Source: the human T2T-CHM13v2.0 reference genome, Homo sapiens
Length of the DNA: 64,000 bases
Assembly (NCBI RefSeq): GCF_009914755.1
Contig: NC_060933.1
Reading direction: 5' to 3' (one strand)
The first letter of the stretch is position 1; every line of letters starts with the position of its first letter. Shown piece after piece: positions 1-15,215 of the stretch. The position numbers and the translations under genes were made by a program. A model generated the notes under the pieces. The model made no database searches. It was not told the DNA's origin and saw only the letters and a program-made list of their open reading frames with translations.

Positions 1-368
<368 letters not shown>

Positions 369-379
369 TCAAACAATAG

Positions 380-1090
380 GGCTTCTATGGAGGTTAGAGG
401 CATTATCTCTCAGCAGTTTCAGTAGAAGCCCAGGGTTAAAAAAACAACAAAAAAGGCTTATCTCAAAATGATTTGTGTGACTTTCATCTAACAGAGTGAA
501 TTCCAAGAAGATTCACAGATAACTTATGAAGATTTTAAGAGAATTATATTATCAGAAATACCACTAGACTGGACTGGTAGGTACAGGAACATTTCAAAAT
601 GAACAGGCTTTTGGACTCCCAAATTTCTATAAGCAAAAAGCAGGTTGAAAAAACTACTCAGCTGTAAACCTGTGCCAGCACTTATGAAAAGAGAAGGATG
701 ATCCAGAAAGCCAAGTCAACGGTCAGGAAGAATTATTCCTAGGCCCTCAGTCCTAATCAAAGACCTTCCAACATTTGTCTGTCTAGATTTCAGAGTTACT
801 ATGGACATGTGACTCCTTTGTGCCTGTTTTCTTTCATTGAACAGTACCTATAGTGGTTATCCAATGCCTGTTCCACCGCTCTATATTGGAGGAAGGGTAG
901 ATAACTTGCTTTTTTAGTTCATAGGTCTTATCAAACAGAACTGCACTCAAGGTACTGTACTCAAGGAATAACAGAGAAGCCTCATCTGTACTTAGATCTG
1001 ATCTGAATGATGACATCCTGGATTTTGAGCTGATGTAAAGGGATGAGACTTCTTAGGGGTATAGGGAGGGGGTAAACATATCCTATTTGT
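380..1090. mobile_element. MaLR (MLT1-type) internal fragment
   Basis: Resemblance to MLT1-int (GGTTATCCAATGCCTGTTCCACC..GATAACTTG); recognition only. Confidence 0.45.
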
Positions 1091-1559
1091 TCAATACGGA
1101 TTATCTGAAATAACACACATATATCCTACATTGGAGGGAATATTAATATTCTACTTTAGTCTAAAATGTGATTCTTTTTAAAAGAATAATTTTGGAACAA
1201 TTTTAGGTTTACAGAAAGTAACGAAAATAGTAGAGTTCCTAAATAGCCTTCACTTTGTTTTCCCTAATGTAATTATGTGTGTATGTAACTAGGATATAAT
1301 TGTCAAAATTAGAAGATTAACATTGGTAGATTACCACTAACTAAACTCAGACATTGTTTTGATTTCACTAGTTTCTCCACAAATTGTCCTGTTGTTTCAA
1401 GATTCAATTCAGGATACCACACTGCCTTTTGTGATTTTCGTGGCTATTAGCAGTTGGAAAATGAAGGATTTAAACCAAGCTGCTACTGGTTGCTCCATAT
1501 ATTTGCCATGTTTATCCAACTGACTGCACATCTATAGGAAACAGAAGCTCCTACCACAC

Positions 1560-2020
1560 TAGATGGTTGAATGGTTGCCCCCCAAAAGCTATGTCCATGT
1601 CCTAATTCCTGAAACCTGTGAATGTTAACATTATTTAGATAAGGGGTCTTGCAGAGATATTAAGTTAAGGGTCCTAGGATGAGGAGCCCATCCAGGATTA
1701 TCCAAGTGGGCCCTGAATGCTATCACAAGTGTCCTTATAAGAGGCACAAAGAGGAGAGACAGAAAAGAAGAGGCCATGTGAAGATAGAGGCAGAAATGGG
1801 AGTAATGTAGTCTCAAGCCAAGGAACACCAAAGGATTGGTGGCAGTCACTAGAAACTAGGAGAGGCATAAAACAGCTTTGTTTCCCTGAACCTCTAGAAG
1901 GAACATAACCTGTTCACTATCTTAATTTGGGACTTCTAGGTTCCAGAACTGTAAAGAAATAATTTTTGTGATTTTAAGTAACTAAGTTTGTGGTAGCTAC
2001 AGAAGACACAAGAAACTAGT
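1560..2020 (+). mobile_element. MLT1 (C/D-like) MaLR LTR
   Basis: CCCCCAAAAGCTATGTCCATGTCCTAATTCCTGAAACCTGTGAATG..CCAAGGAACACCAAAGGATTG..TTCCAGAACTGTAAAG. Confidence 0.8.
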
Positions 2021-2281
2021 ACAAATAAAAGGCATCATTTATACAAATAAAAGGTATAAATGATAGGAGTACATATCATTTATAGATTCCTCTGTTAAAA
2101 GGTAAGACCTCCTCCACCACATCAATAATTCCTTTCTAACTCTACCTGCACTACCCCTACCCCACCAATCTTAATACAGTGGGACCAATGAGTAGGATAT
2201 TGGTTCCTACCTACATTTTTAATTGTCTGAAATGAGATTAATTTACATGATCCTATTGCTAAAAGAAGTAGCTCTACTTAC

Positions 2282-2359
2282 CTTTCTTTTGGCTTATCAT
2301 CTCTTTTTCTTTCGTAAGTGGCATGGTCTTGCTTCGTTGGATCATAATGTATGATGTCC
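2282..2359 (-). CDS. NOL8: NOL8 coding exon (gene continues beyond left edge)
   Basis: TAG/GTAAG flanked, 78 nt, DIIHYDPTKQDHATYERKRDDKPKE(S/R). Confidence 0.92.
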
Positions 2360-2502
2360 CTATGTAAAAAAAGGAAGGGAGGTTGGAAGAGATAAAAACA
2401 GAACACTAATACAAAAAGTAAGTAGCAAATTATAATTCAGCACTAGGAAGATTCTAATTTTGCAGCAAGAAGAAGCCATATAACATCAGATAAGATAACT
2501 AG

Positions 2503-2916
<414 letters not shown>

Positions 2917-3414
2917 TGATATACTATCTGGGATTTGCATAAAACATTTCATTGTGTAAAGTAGGGGTTGGATAAAGGTATAGAAGAGAACACTGGTCAC
3001 ATGTTGGTGACTGTAAAAGCTAGGTGATGGTGTACAGGGCTTTCATTACCTGGTGTACAGGTAATGATGGTATACAGGGCTTTCATTAGTCTCTCTAAAT
3101 TTCATGCCTGAAAATTTCCATAACAGTTACGTTTATATAAATACTTTTACAGTTACTATTTAAACTGTTTCCCATTTGTTTCACTAATGAAAGCGATGCT
3201 GCTATGACATCTAAGTGTATAAATACAGAAATAATTTAAGATTAGTTCCTTGAAGTGAATCACTGGGTCAAAGGCAAGTATATTTTTAAGGGTCTGATAC
3301 ATATTGCCAGCTGCCTCCCCAGGCCATTAAAAGAGACCTAGTTTTAAATTGAGTTCAAGAAGACATTTATGGCAAAGGATGATATGGTAGAATGGGATGG
3401 AACATAAAACATAC

Positions 3415-3553
3415 TTAAATTTCTTAGCAGCTACTGATCCTCTGTTTGTAGAATTGCTTAAGTTGATTTGCAAAACACTTTGTACAACATTCAGGGCTTT
3501 CTTTTTTTCTTCAGCAAGCTCTTCTTCCTCAGCAGTTTTCTTTTCATTTACCT
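3415..3553 (-). CDS. NOL8: NOL8 coding exon
   Basis: AAG/GTATG flanked, 139 nt, (E)VNEKKTAEEEELAEEKKKALNVVQSVLQINLSNSTNRGSVAAKKF(K). Confidence 0.93.
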
Positions 3554-4635
3554 CTTTGAGGAAAAGGGATAATTAATACTCTCTTGGAAAACACAGCCTG
3601 AGAAGTCTCAATCATCAAATATTTACCAAGTACCTAAACATGTTCAAAATCCATTAAGACAGGAAGAAGAAACTTTAACCTCATTTCACTAACCTCCATA
3701 ACCAAAGACCCTCAGTCATAGCAAACTCAGAAAGTCTGCGTGACCAGACAATGAAAAGTCCTACTTCTGTTCCTAATTATGAAAGTCTGAATTTAATGGC
3801 TTTCAGTAGCAAGTCTAAAACTTTTAAGGTAAAGATCGACAAATGTAATAGAGCAAGATACTAATAACTACAGTGATTATAGACTCTTTGATTTTTTTAA
3901 CATTCTAAACATAATCTAAATTACGTAAATCTAAAAATGATAAAGAGTGAAAAATGGTAATGGTATATCTGACAATATAAGATATTAGTGGATAGTTGTT
4001 TCAGTCTTTGATTCAATAACAAGTATTATGGGAAAAAAACCATATGCCCTACACATACTAAGGCATCATGGACTTTTACAAGCTACTATCCTCAACTACT
4101 ACAAACAGACAAAATATCACAGAATAAAGTTAAACAGCTAGTTTGGATTACAGAAATACAAAAGTAGTCTAAGCCTGTATGACTCTTTCAACTTACTGCA
4201 GGATATAAATAACCAACTAACAGAAACTAGAATAAAATGCTAATTTAAGTACTCTACAGGGATGCCCCCAAAGTTTCTAAGGGTTCAAAGGAAGTTGAGA
4301 TAGTGTTTAACTGAATCAAAAGATGCTTTATAAACTAGGTAAAGTTATGAGGTAGGAAAGATAGAGTTGAATCCCTAGAGGTGGTAGGAAAGCATGCTAG
4401 GTGTTGGAAACAAAACGAACACATATATTGAAATAATAAAGTACAAAAAGTTTACACTGCATTAGGTTGAAACTGCTAATTTCAACAACTTTTGACTATC
4501 AAAAACATCAATTTAAATTTTAATCTAATAAGCATTAGGGAAGTAGATTATAATGCTGAAAAAGGCTCAAGGTGATATAGGCTGGCTGTGCTGCTTACTT
4601 GAGACAAAACGTTGTGCCTCAAAATTTGGGAAGGG

Positions 4636-4910
4636 GTCTGGTGCAGTGGTTCCATGCCTATAATCTCAGCACTTTGGGAAGCTGAGGCAGGAGGATCACT
4701 TGAGGCCAGGAGTTTGAGACCCGCCTAGGCAACACAGCGAGACCCTGTCTCTATGAAAATACAAAAATTAGCTGGACATGGTGGCACATGCCTGTAGTCC
4801 TAGCTACTAGAGAGACTGAGTTTGAGGTTACAGTAAGCTATGACTGTGCCACTGCACTCCAGCCTGAGGAACACAGTGAGATCCTGTCTCCAAAAAAATA
4901 AAAATAAAAT
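4636..4910 (+). mobile_element. AluJ-like with internal deletion
   Basis: Alu dimer lacking part of right arm. Confidence 0.8.
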
Positions 4911-6699
4911 GTTGAGAAGGAAAGAAAAAAACAACAACAGAGATTCTAAGAATGGACACGCCATCAACGCAGAAAGGTTAAGAAGAGCTGGTTTGGACTT
5001 GCTGAGTTTTAACACAAACTCAGGAAAGCCTGTGGAAAATATCCAACAGGCGTTTAAGACCAGTTGGGAGCTCAGCAGAACAGCAAGGAAGAAAGAAGAT
5101 CCAAATTTGAAAAATACTCATGTGCAAGTGAAGGCTAAAGCTATAGGGACTTACAGAACCCTGGGAAGAACCCATATTTGGAGGCAAAAGAAAAATTAGG
5201 AATAAAGAGTTAAGAAAACCAGGAAGTTATGATGCAATTGGAAGCAAAGTGAACATTTCAAGAAGGGATGATCAACAGTGACATATGCTCTAGGTTAGCT
5301 GAAGAGGATGTCATTGGAGACAATGCCACTGCACTTGGAGGACAAGTTGTTTACGGCTTTGAGGGAACACACACCCAAAGAGTTGTAAAGAAACAGACAA
5401 AATTGGCAGAAGTTAAGAAAATAACCTATGTACCTTCTAAATGAAGGTTAGTCTCCAGGTTCTGTTCATTCTTGTGTTTTCAACATGGAGTTTTGAGTGA
5501 GAAAGTCAAGTAGAATACAATGCTGGAAAGGGCTCAAGGTGATGGAGGCTGGCTGTGCTGCTGCTTGCAGGATAGACAAACATTGTGCTTTCAAAAGTTG
5601 GAAAAGGGCCAGCTACAGTGGCTCATGCCTGTAATCTCAGCACTGAAACAGAATTTGGGAGGACCCTAGAGAATTCATTTTAAAACTCTCTGAACCTTGG
5701 TTTCCTGAAACAGTCCAACACTGTTAATAATCACCTCAAAGAATTGAGAAGATCAAATCACAGATTGTTTTCAGTAAAAAGCCAACTGCTACTGAATTAG
5801 ATGTAATTTACTTTTTCACTTCAAATTTAGAACTGAAAGAGAGATGGAGTACAAACTTGAAAACTGGCATGGTTAGAGGAATGGCTTTTTTGGGACCACA
5901 AGACCTAACTATGTCTGTAGAAAAAGGAAGAAGCTAGAAGGAGAAGAATGAAAATGCAAGTGATGAAAGGAGTAATAGGAAGTAGGAATGGTGAGGATTA
6001 AAATGCAGATTAGATTAATTCAGGAAGGAGAAAAAAAAAGAAGGGCAGAGAAGTTCTGAGATTAGGAGAGGGAATTAGGGAGCTCATTCAAGCCAGCGAC
6101 GTAAGAGGTAAGGTGTTTTTAAAAGGGTAAGAGGAGAAGGTCCTGTAGAAAAAGATTGGAAGTACTGCTGTGAAAAATGCTATAGTAAGTGAAAAGAAGT
6201 AGAATTAGGATGCTTCTGATAGCATCATTACTCTTAGATACATTCAAACAGGGATAAATTCAAGTAGAATGGCATTCAGTGATACACAGCTTTAAAAAAT
6301 AATCTGCACCAGGTATGCACACTGGAGGACGATGAACACTGTTCCTTTTAGAAAGCCAAGAGTGACTTAACTGTCTTCCATGGCTTCACCCAGAACCTGC
6401 TGATCCACTGCCAGGTAGGAAACTCAACTTCTTCTCATGCCAAGGATGGGATAGAGGAAAATGGTACCTTTGGTGGATGTTATTTTTTCCTTTCCTTTCT
6501 GGCAGCTCTAAGTAATTAAATTTTCCTAAATTACTATGTACAAACAAACTTAGTATTAACTGTACATTTGATTATAAACTCCTCAATCCAATGTCTTGGG
6601 ATGGAGAGTTTCTTCATGTGTTAAACAAAGGAGGTATACTAGGTGATTTCTCAGTGTCCCCAGATATGACATCAGGACTCTGGACAATGAAGCATTTAC

Positions 6700-6790
6700 C
6701 TTCCTGTTCCTCTTCACTGTCAGTTTCTAGAAATCGAGAGTCCATGCGGAATCTGTCATCGGTGCCAAAGTGCGACTGTAAATCCATGAG
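6700..6790 (-). CDS. NOL8: NOL8 coding exon
   Basis: TAG/GTAAA flanked, 91 nt, LMDLQSHFGTDDRFRMDSRFLETDSEEEQE(E). Confidence 0.94.
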
Positions 6791-7081
6791 CTACACAGAC
6801 AGAAAACATACATAATTGATAGCCACATTCCCAAGAAATTGCTTCTGACGAAGACTGTCAATGTACACCTCCCCACACACTGAAATTCACTACATTAAGA
6901 TGTTTGCCTACCTCCATCTACTTATGAACCAATCAGAGAGGATCACAGAAGACTCACTCTCCAAATAAACACCCCGATGCTATAATGTAGGTTAAGGTCT
7001 GCCTGCATTTACCCAGATTTAAGGACTATGTCAAAAAATAAGGACATGCTGCAAGTCTAATTATTTTCAGTCTTCACTAAC

Positions 7082-7204
7082 CTTCTGTCCAGCTCTGCCC
7101 TCAAACTGAGGTTTAATTTTGAACCTATTACTGTCATCTTCAGAATCAGATTCGTCATCATCACTGCTATCAAACAGCTTCCCTGATGTTTTACCCATAG
7201 ACTC
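7082..7204 (-). CDS. NOL8: NOL8 coding exon
   Basis: CAG/GTTAG flanked, 123 nt, ESMGKTSGKLFDSSDDDESDSEDDSNRFKIKPQFEGRAGQK. Confidence 0.94.
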
Positions 7205-7674
7205 CTGTGAAGAAACACAACATTTATTAATAGCAGAGGCAAACAAGCAGTATTTCCCTTCATAACGTAATCTTCTCCCTCACATTGAAAGCCAGTAACC
7301 CAGACTCATCTACCAGGAATGAGTAAATGGCAGGTCAGGTGGAAATTCCTGACTCAGTGAAATCTAACTGGCCTCTGGGATCACTAATCCAGAGGCTCTC
7401 CAGTGAAGCCTGGATTTGGGGAGGTAGTTATTACATGCAAGAACAGTTTTTGTAGCGTTTCACTAATATTGATGTCATGCTGCAGATGTTGTGGAGAATA
7501 TAGGTTCATATATAAAAATCTCCAAGACCCCTGTAGTCTCAATATGAGGTGACCTGGCAAGCCCTGGGTCTCATTGGGGCTCTCAGGAGGGTTTTATGTT
7601 GAGATTGCCAGTTGTTTGTGGTGTGGATCTGCAGAAGTAGATGAATGTCCACAGAGACATCCTGAACTTCTTAC

Positions 7675-7788
7675 TTTCACCCATTCCTCTCCTGGATGGC
7701 TCTGCTCCTGAGTCGATGTCTCCTCTGTTTCACATTCACTGTCAGAACCGAAGATGATGTGCGTTGGCTTATCCTCTGGATGACCATC
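7675..7788 (-). CDS. NOL8: NOL8 coding exon
   Basis: AG/GTAAG flanked, 114 nt, DGHPEDKPTHIIFGSDSECETEETSTQEQSHPGEEWVK. Confidence 0.93.
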
Positions 7789-8701
7789 CTAGGGAGGCCA
7801 TCGAAAGCATTGCATCTTAAAAAGATTTATGATGAAGACTCCAAAAGCAATTGCAACAAAATCCAAAATTGACAAGTGGGATCTAATTAAACTAAAGAGC
7901 TTCTGCACAGCAAAAGAAAAACTTATCAACAAAGTAAACAGACAACGTACAGAATCGGAGAAAATATTTGCAAACTATGCATCTGACAAAGGTCTAATAC
8001 CCAGAATCTATAAGGAACTTAAACAAATCAACAAGCAAAAAACAAACAACCCTAGTGAAAAATGGGCAAAGGACACAGCAGACACTTCTCAAAAGACAAA
8101 CACATGGCCAACAAGCATACAAAAAAAATGCTCAACATCACTGATCATTAGAGGAATGCAAATCAAAACCACAATGAGATACCATCTCACACCAGTCAAA
8201 ATGGCTATTACTAAAAAGTCAAAATATAACAGATGCTGGCAAGGTTGCAGAGAAAGGGAAATGCTTATATACTGCTGGTGGGAATGTAAATGCATTCACC
8301 CACAGTGGAAAGCAGTTTGGCGATTTCTCAAAGAACTTAAAACAAAACTATCATTTGACCTACAACCCCATTAGTGGATATTTGCCCAAAGGAATATAAA
8401 TCATTCTACCATAAAGACACATGCACACATATGTTTATTGGAGTACTATTCATAATAGCAAAGACACGAAATCAACCTAGATGCCCATCAATGGTGGACT
8501 GGATAAAGAAAATGTGGTACACATGCCCCATGAAATATTATGCAGTCATAAAAAAAGAATGCAATCATGTCCCTTACAGCCACATTGATGGTGCTGGAGG
8601 CTACTATCCTAAACAAATTAATACAGGAACAGAAAACCAAATACTGCATGCTCTCACTTATAAGTGGGAGCTAAATGTTGAGTACACATGGGGGAGCAAT
8701 A

Positions 8702-9499
<798 letters not shown>

Positions 9500-9539
9500 C
9501 TAAAATAAAGGAAGAAAAAAAAAAGCATTGTCTTAAAAC

Positions 9540-10490
9540 AACCCAATCTCAAACTGAACATGTCTAAACCTATCACTCCCTTCCCCTGCCAAGTCTACTT
9601 CCTGCCCTTTTTCCTTATCTAGTGAATGCCATCACCATCTGTTTATTTGCCTAAGACAGAAACTTACAATTCCTCTTTCTATCCCTATCCAGTTATCACC
9701 AAGTCCTATCAATTAAACTTTTTGGTATCAATTCAGTCAATCTATTCCCATTGCTGTTGTTACGGTTTTGACTTTCCACCTCCCCAAAGGCTCTCCTTGG
9801 TTACAGACGGAGCCGTTCGATTTGTTTTCATCATGGTCTGAAGGATCTCTCCCAAACAGAGGTTGACAAACTTTTTCTGTAAAAGGCCAGAGTAAATATG
9901 TTAGGCTTTGCAGGCCACATATCGTCTTTGTTCTGTACTCAAAAACTATTTTTAGCTTGAAGGCTGTACATAAATAGGTCATGGGCTGGATGGCCTTTGA
10001 GGTGTAGTTTGTCAACTCCTGTTCCAAAATAGACACAATTAATCTTCTCTCCTTTGCTTAAAATTCTTCACTCTCTTTTCATTTTATGAACAAAATGAAA
10101 CCACTAGCCTCATTTCTTGCCATCTCATGCTGTATAAGTTTTAATTACACTGATTGAAAACATTCACCCTTGTATAAACGGTTCCTTTTTCCTAGAATGA
10201 AAGCCTTTCCACTCCCTTTCCACCCTTTCACCTGGGCCTGACCAATTCCCACAAATCTTTTCCTACCACTCAGCTCAGACTACAGAAGCTCCCAACTGAC
10301 TTAGTGTGTCTCCTGCGTGCTGCCAAGGCACAGGGGCACAACCCCCTCCTGGCCCTGTGTAACTGAACTGTGACTGTCAGCATGCCACACCATGAGCCAA
10401 AAACTGTATGAAAGGCAAGATCACCATCCTCATACTATAAATCTGGCACTTACTATAAAGGTGTACTTAACAATTGTTAGAAGAATGAAC
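9540..10490. mobile_element. L2 remnants with an embedded MER58-like element (~9858-10025)
   Basis: L2-like TCTCAAACTGAACATGTCTAAAC..ACCAAGTCCTATC and 3' end; CAGAGGTTGACAAACTTTTTCTGTAAAAGGCCAG terminus. Confidence 0.55.
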
Positions 10491-10795
10491 AAAAGCCCAT
10501 TACAGTAAATCTTGGCAAGACTTGGCAAGGTATAAATCACTTGACAAGTGATTTTTATGTAAATTCAGACACATTTGAATACATTACTTAACTATACCAG
10601 GTATAGCTTCTAAATGAAAGAAAATTATAAAGAAATTTTCAGATAAACCAGATGAAAAAGCTAACTCAAGAACCAAAACATGAAACTGGTGAACACCAAG
10701 ACAATCAGCTCTATGGGGGCACACCTAACTTCATGGGAAAGAAAAGCTGAACTTTCTGAGTTCTTGTTAAATCCATACATTGAAAATATACTCAC

Positions 10796-12667
10796 CAAAT
10801 TTGCCAGAGCATTATGCACCAGCTTCTTCTGCACTTCTTTTGCTTTTTGCCTCGCTTCCAAGGCTGCCAAACGCTTCTCATTGTCTTCAGCATGCTTATC
10901 TTTAGCACTCACATCTGACGAATTACTAATAGAAAGTGAGAAATCAGTTTTGATTTCCCGAGTGTCCTTGGATGAGACCTTTGGTGATTTCTTGAGAGAT
11001 GTGAGGCCGCTTGAATCAGACCGCTCTTCCTGTGAAGCTTCTGTCTTTGTGGTACTATGGCAGCTGTCTTTGTCAAAGCCTATGTTGTGAGTCTTTGCAC
11101 TAAGACTTAAGGACTTCTTACCTTCTAATGGCCTAGAAATAGGATTCTTACTTCTCTTTTCAGAACTGCTAGGGGACACTGCCTTGCGATCCTGGCTTTC
11201 AAAAGTGGTCTGTCTTTTTTGAGGCTGAATATAGTTTGGGCCATTCGCCTTCTTTGCATGTTGGCATGGAGTCACTTCACCTAATGAGCCATTAACATAT
11301 GGGGACCCATCTTCCATGGATATGATACTGGGATCCTCATGTTTCATGGAATTCTGATCTTTATTGTTAGAGGCAACACTGTCTTTCAAGGATTTTTTCA
11401 TTGACTCCTTTTCATATAGACAGCCTACTCCCTTGAAAGCCTGAAATTTTGGCTTTAAATTGTTTTCCTTTGGTTTCTGTTTGCCACAGGTGTTCTCCTC
11501 TCCTTCTAACAGGGAAGCCACAATCTCCGCAGGACGAATACACTGTCGGCCTCTGCGGAGGCCAGTGGGAGTCTTGGGGCTCTTGGAGCCTCTGTCAAAC
11601 TTGCATTGGGTGGTGGTTTCTGGTCCATCACTCTTAGTATCTTCATTTGGAACCTTCAGATCACTGCCAGCCAATTGTTCCAAATCAGCTAAAGTGAGAT
11701 TCACACGAAGGCAGTTTTTCATCATGGCATTATACTCCTCACCTCCTTCAGAGTCAGCTAATTCTGATGCAGAATCAGCATCTTCACTGCTACTGGAGTG
11801 AGAGGGAGATTTACGATTAAGAGACTTTAATCCATGACTGAGGGCTGACTCTACATTGCTTTTTCTTTTTTGTAGTTTAATACAGTGATCAGAAAGCTCA
11901 CAGTTTTCTCTATTTTTGAAAGAAGTTTTCTTCGTAGATTTTTCCATTTGTGAAAATTCTGTACTGTTTTTGACCTTAGCAACATTTTTTTTCATCGCAA
12001 TAATTTCATCTGTATCTCCTGAGTCATACTCACGATCATTTCTCATAATATCATCATCACTATCATGGCAAGAGACACGATTTTTGATACCTAAACCTAT
12101 TAAAGAATGCAGTTTGTGAACGCCTGATTTGAAATCATCCCTTACAACTTCAAAAGGATCACTTTCAGATTCATTTATTGAGGGTTGTGTAGTTCTCTGT
12201 AAGTTTTCCTCTTTCGCAATCATCATTCTCAATTCATCTTCAGAATCAGTATCATCATCAGAAATGCTGTTTCTCTTCTTGGCAGTTTCCAAGCCAGAAG
12301 TCTTAAAAGGTAGATTTTTAAGTTTCTGAGTATCAGAAACAGGTACAGGAGATGATTTAGAAGGAGTAATGGAATCACAAGTTCTTTTTTGTGCAGCCTG
12401 TTGCTGTGTTAAGGGTGGTCTCTCTATTACCCTCCTGGGCCTTGTACTCATGGCCAGAGACCCAGTGGAACTCTCATCCTTCTGCACTTTTATTATCTTC
12501 TTGGGAGGGCCATGAAAGTCAGAGAACTCTCCTCGCCGTTTCTTACTCATAGGGTCATTCCCTCCTTCTAATTCCCAAGTCAGGCTGGATATAGGAATGG
12601 TGTTTGAGAAATCCTCCCCTATCTTCTTCAGGTTGTGGCAGTATTTTGAGGGATCATATTTGATGAT
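10796..12667 (-). CDS. NOL8: NOL8 large coding exon (1872 nt, 624 codons; S/D/E/K-rich)
   Basis: Core of ORF 10661..12688: IIKYDPSKYCHNLKK...KKLVHNALANL; donor GTGAG at 10795. Confidence 0.96.
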
Positions 12668-13201
12668 GTTACGCAAGTCAAGAAACAAAACTAAAGCACT
12701 TGGTTTTAGGAAAACTCATCAATCTTTGATACAAAAAATATTGCTTAATCTCAAATAAGTCATTTCCCCCCCCTTTCAGTTTCCTGTAAAAGAAAATGAG
12801 GACTTAACTAGGTTACCTTTCAGGGTCTAAGAAACTGAGCTTTCTATGACATTTGCTGAGTTAAAGTCTAGTACCACCACTATTAGTTGGCAGAAATTAC
12901 TTGGAGTGTATGTGGATATTATAGCAAACCTATTCAGATTATATTATAGGTACACAGGTCTCAGGGCTATTTTCTGTAAATCACAGAAATCCAACCATCG
13001 AACTGATACAGTAAAGCAAAGTTCTGGGTTCAGGAGAACCCAGAGGACATGGCCACATGTGTGTCCTTTACTCTCAAATTCTTTTGGCTATTTCTGTTCT
13101 CTCAGTTCTTACTCATCCTAACTCTGATTCTCCTAGCTGAATAACATCCACTTCACATGAACTCACTCTCTGCAACATTTTTAGGTCTTTATTAGAAAGC
13201 T

Positions 13202-13345
13202 GGCCTGGGCACGGTGGCTCATGCCTGTAATCCCAGCACTTTGGGAGGCCGAGGTGGGCCGATTACATGAGCCCAGGAGTTCGAGACCAGCCTGGGCAAC
13301 ATGGTGAGAACCTGTCTTAAAAATAAAAATTAAAAATTAAAAAAA
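13202..13345 (+). mobile_element. Alu left monomer (FLAM-like)
   Basis: Left arm plus A-rich tail. Confidence 0.8.
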
Positions 13346-13489
13346 ATCTAATAAATCTTTACCAGGCCTATGTCGACACTATCCGGGAAAGATTCTAGTT
13401 AACATCGATGTGTTGTAATGATGGCTGTCATTTGCTGATTCCCTAAAGCATATGAATAGGCAAGTATTAAGGTGCTTTAAGCTATCACT

Positions 13490-13788
13490 CTTTTTTGTTT
13501 TGAGACAGGGTTTCACTGCTACCCAGGCTGGAGTGCCACGGCATGATCGTGGCTCAATACAGCTTCAACCTTCCAGGCTCAAGTGATCCTCCCAACTCAG
13601 CCTCCCCAGTGGCAGGGACCACAGGCATGTGCCACCGGGCCCAGCCTGATTTTTCTTTTATTAATATTTTTTGTAGAGTTACAGTCTCACTATGTTGCCT
13701 AGACTGGTCGCAAACACCTGGGCTCAAGTGATCCCCCAGTGGCCTCCCAAAGTGCTGGGATTACAGGTGTGAGCCACTGCACCCCACC
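13490..13788 (-). mobile_element. AluJ
   Basis: Reverse Alu dimer. Confidence 0.85.
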
Positions 13789-14281
13789 TTAAGCGATTAC
13801 TCTTGAAAGTCCCTTTTTTCAATAACTACTTATATGTGCCAGTTATATGTGAGGTGTGCCAAAAAGTGTCTATTGTCTCTACTGTCCTTCAATATCTTCC
13901 TCTTTGCCATCAGCAGCTGCCATTGGTGGAAAGCTGGAAAGTGGAAAAGAAGAAATCAGTACTTTCCTGACTTTGAGCCACTTGTAGGGAGGGCAGAGGT
14001 CACAGCTATGTCCGGTGCAACTAGGGCCTGGATTCAGGTAGTAGTGGTTTCAGTGGCACAGTAGCTGTGAGCTCAGAGGACACACGTTTTTGCTTCTCTA
14101 GTCCCAGTGGGGTAGTGGTTTACTGCAGTTGTCAATCAGTGGGGAATCTGACCTTTGGCTTTTGCTCCTCCAGCACTTGTTTAACTAACTGCATATATTA
14201 TAATCCCTCTGTTTCAAATACCTGCTACTGTTCCCCTTACTGACTGACACCAGGGTTACAAGCTAAAGAATACATCAAGAC

Positions 14282-14600
<319 letters not shown>

Positions 14601-15146
14601 GAATACATTAAGACACACTGCTCAGAATTCCATGATACCAGGTCTTCAAGGTCTTAGACAATGTGACCTCACTGAATAGGCATTAGAATTTGCTCACACT
14701 CTGCTCCAAACTATTTCTCAACCCACCATCCTCGTGCTTGCCCACATATTTTTATCTACTATTCCTACTCCCAAGACTACTTCCCATCACTTCTTATTAA
14801 TTCAAAACCTACCTCAATTCTAAAGCCTTCTTTAATGATGGTCTCTGGGTCTCTCACCCCTCTTTAGCTCCTTCAGCAATGGCTTTGAATCCATGTATGA
14901 CAATATGAATAAATTAATAAACCAACCTGCTTCTTTGGCACTCATCATTTGAATTACTTATTGTATAAAACCTCAATCCATTTTCTCATGCTCTAATTGT
15001 TTCATACATGTAGGTGAGTACCAAGAAACTGGGAACACGCAAACAAACACCTAAAGATTCACTGATAAGAGACAGTGAAATGCTAAAGGTATTTTACAAG
15101 TATCCGTCACTGTGGTAAATAATTATGTTGAGAGGCCAAAGGATAT

Positions 15147-15215
15147 TTTACGTTTATGTTGATTTTTAAGGTGAAGAACAGGTAAGACTCTTCCAAATTT
15201 GCTCACAACCCAATT
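15147..15215 (-). CDS. NOL8: NOL8 coding exon 5 (followed by U12 AT-AC intron)
   Basis: AG acceptor 15217-15216; 69 nt NWVVSKFGRVLPVLHLKNQHKRK; followed by ATATCCTTT donor. Confidence 0.93.

Noticed and set aside
7202-7207. CAGGAG tandem (NAGNAG) acceptor
   Set aside because: GAG is a very poor distal acceptor; no support from sequence alone.
7372-7397. Hairpin GCCTCTGG..CCAGAGGC as a possible small RNA
   Set aside because: Stem is short and there are no snoRNA boxes or pre-miRNA-length pairing.
10680-12329. Plus-strand ORFs antisense to the large NOL8 exon
   Set aside because: Shadow frames of a coding exon with no independent signals.
10661-12688. 675-aa ORF as a stand-alone single-exon gene
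   Set aside because: It is the large NOL8 exon plus intronic read-through at both ends; splice sites at 12668 and 10795 connect it in frame to other exons.
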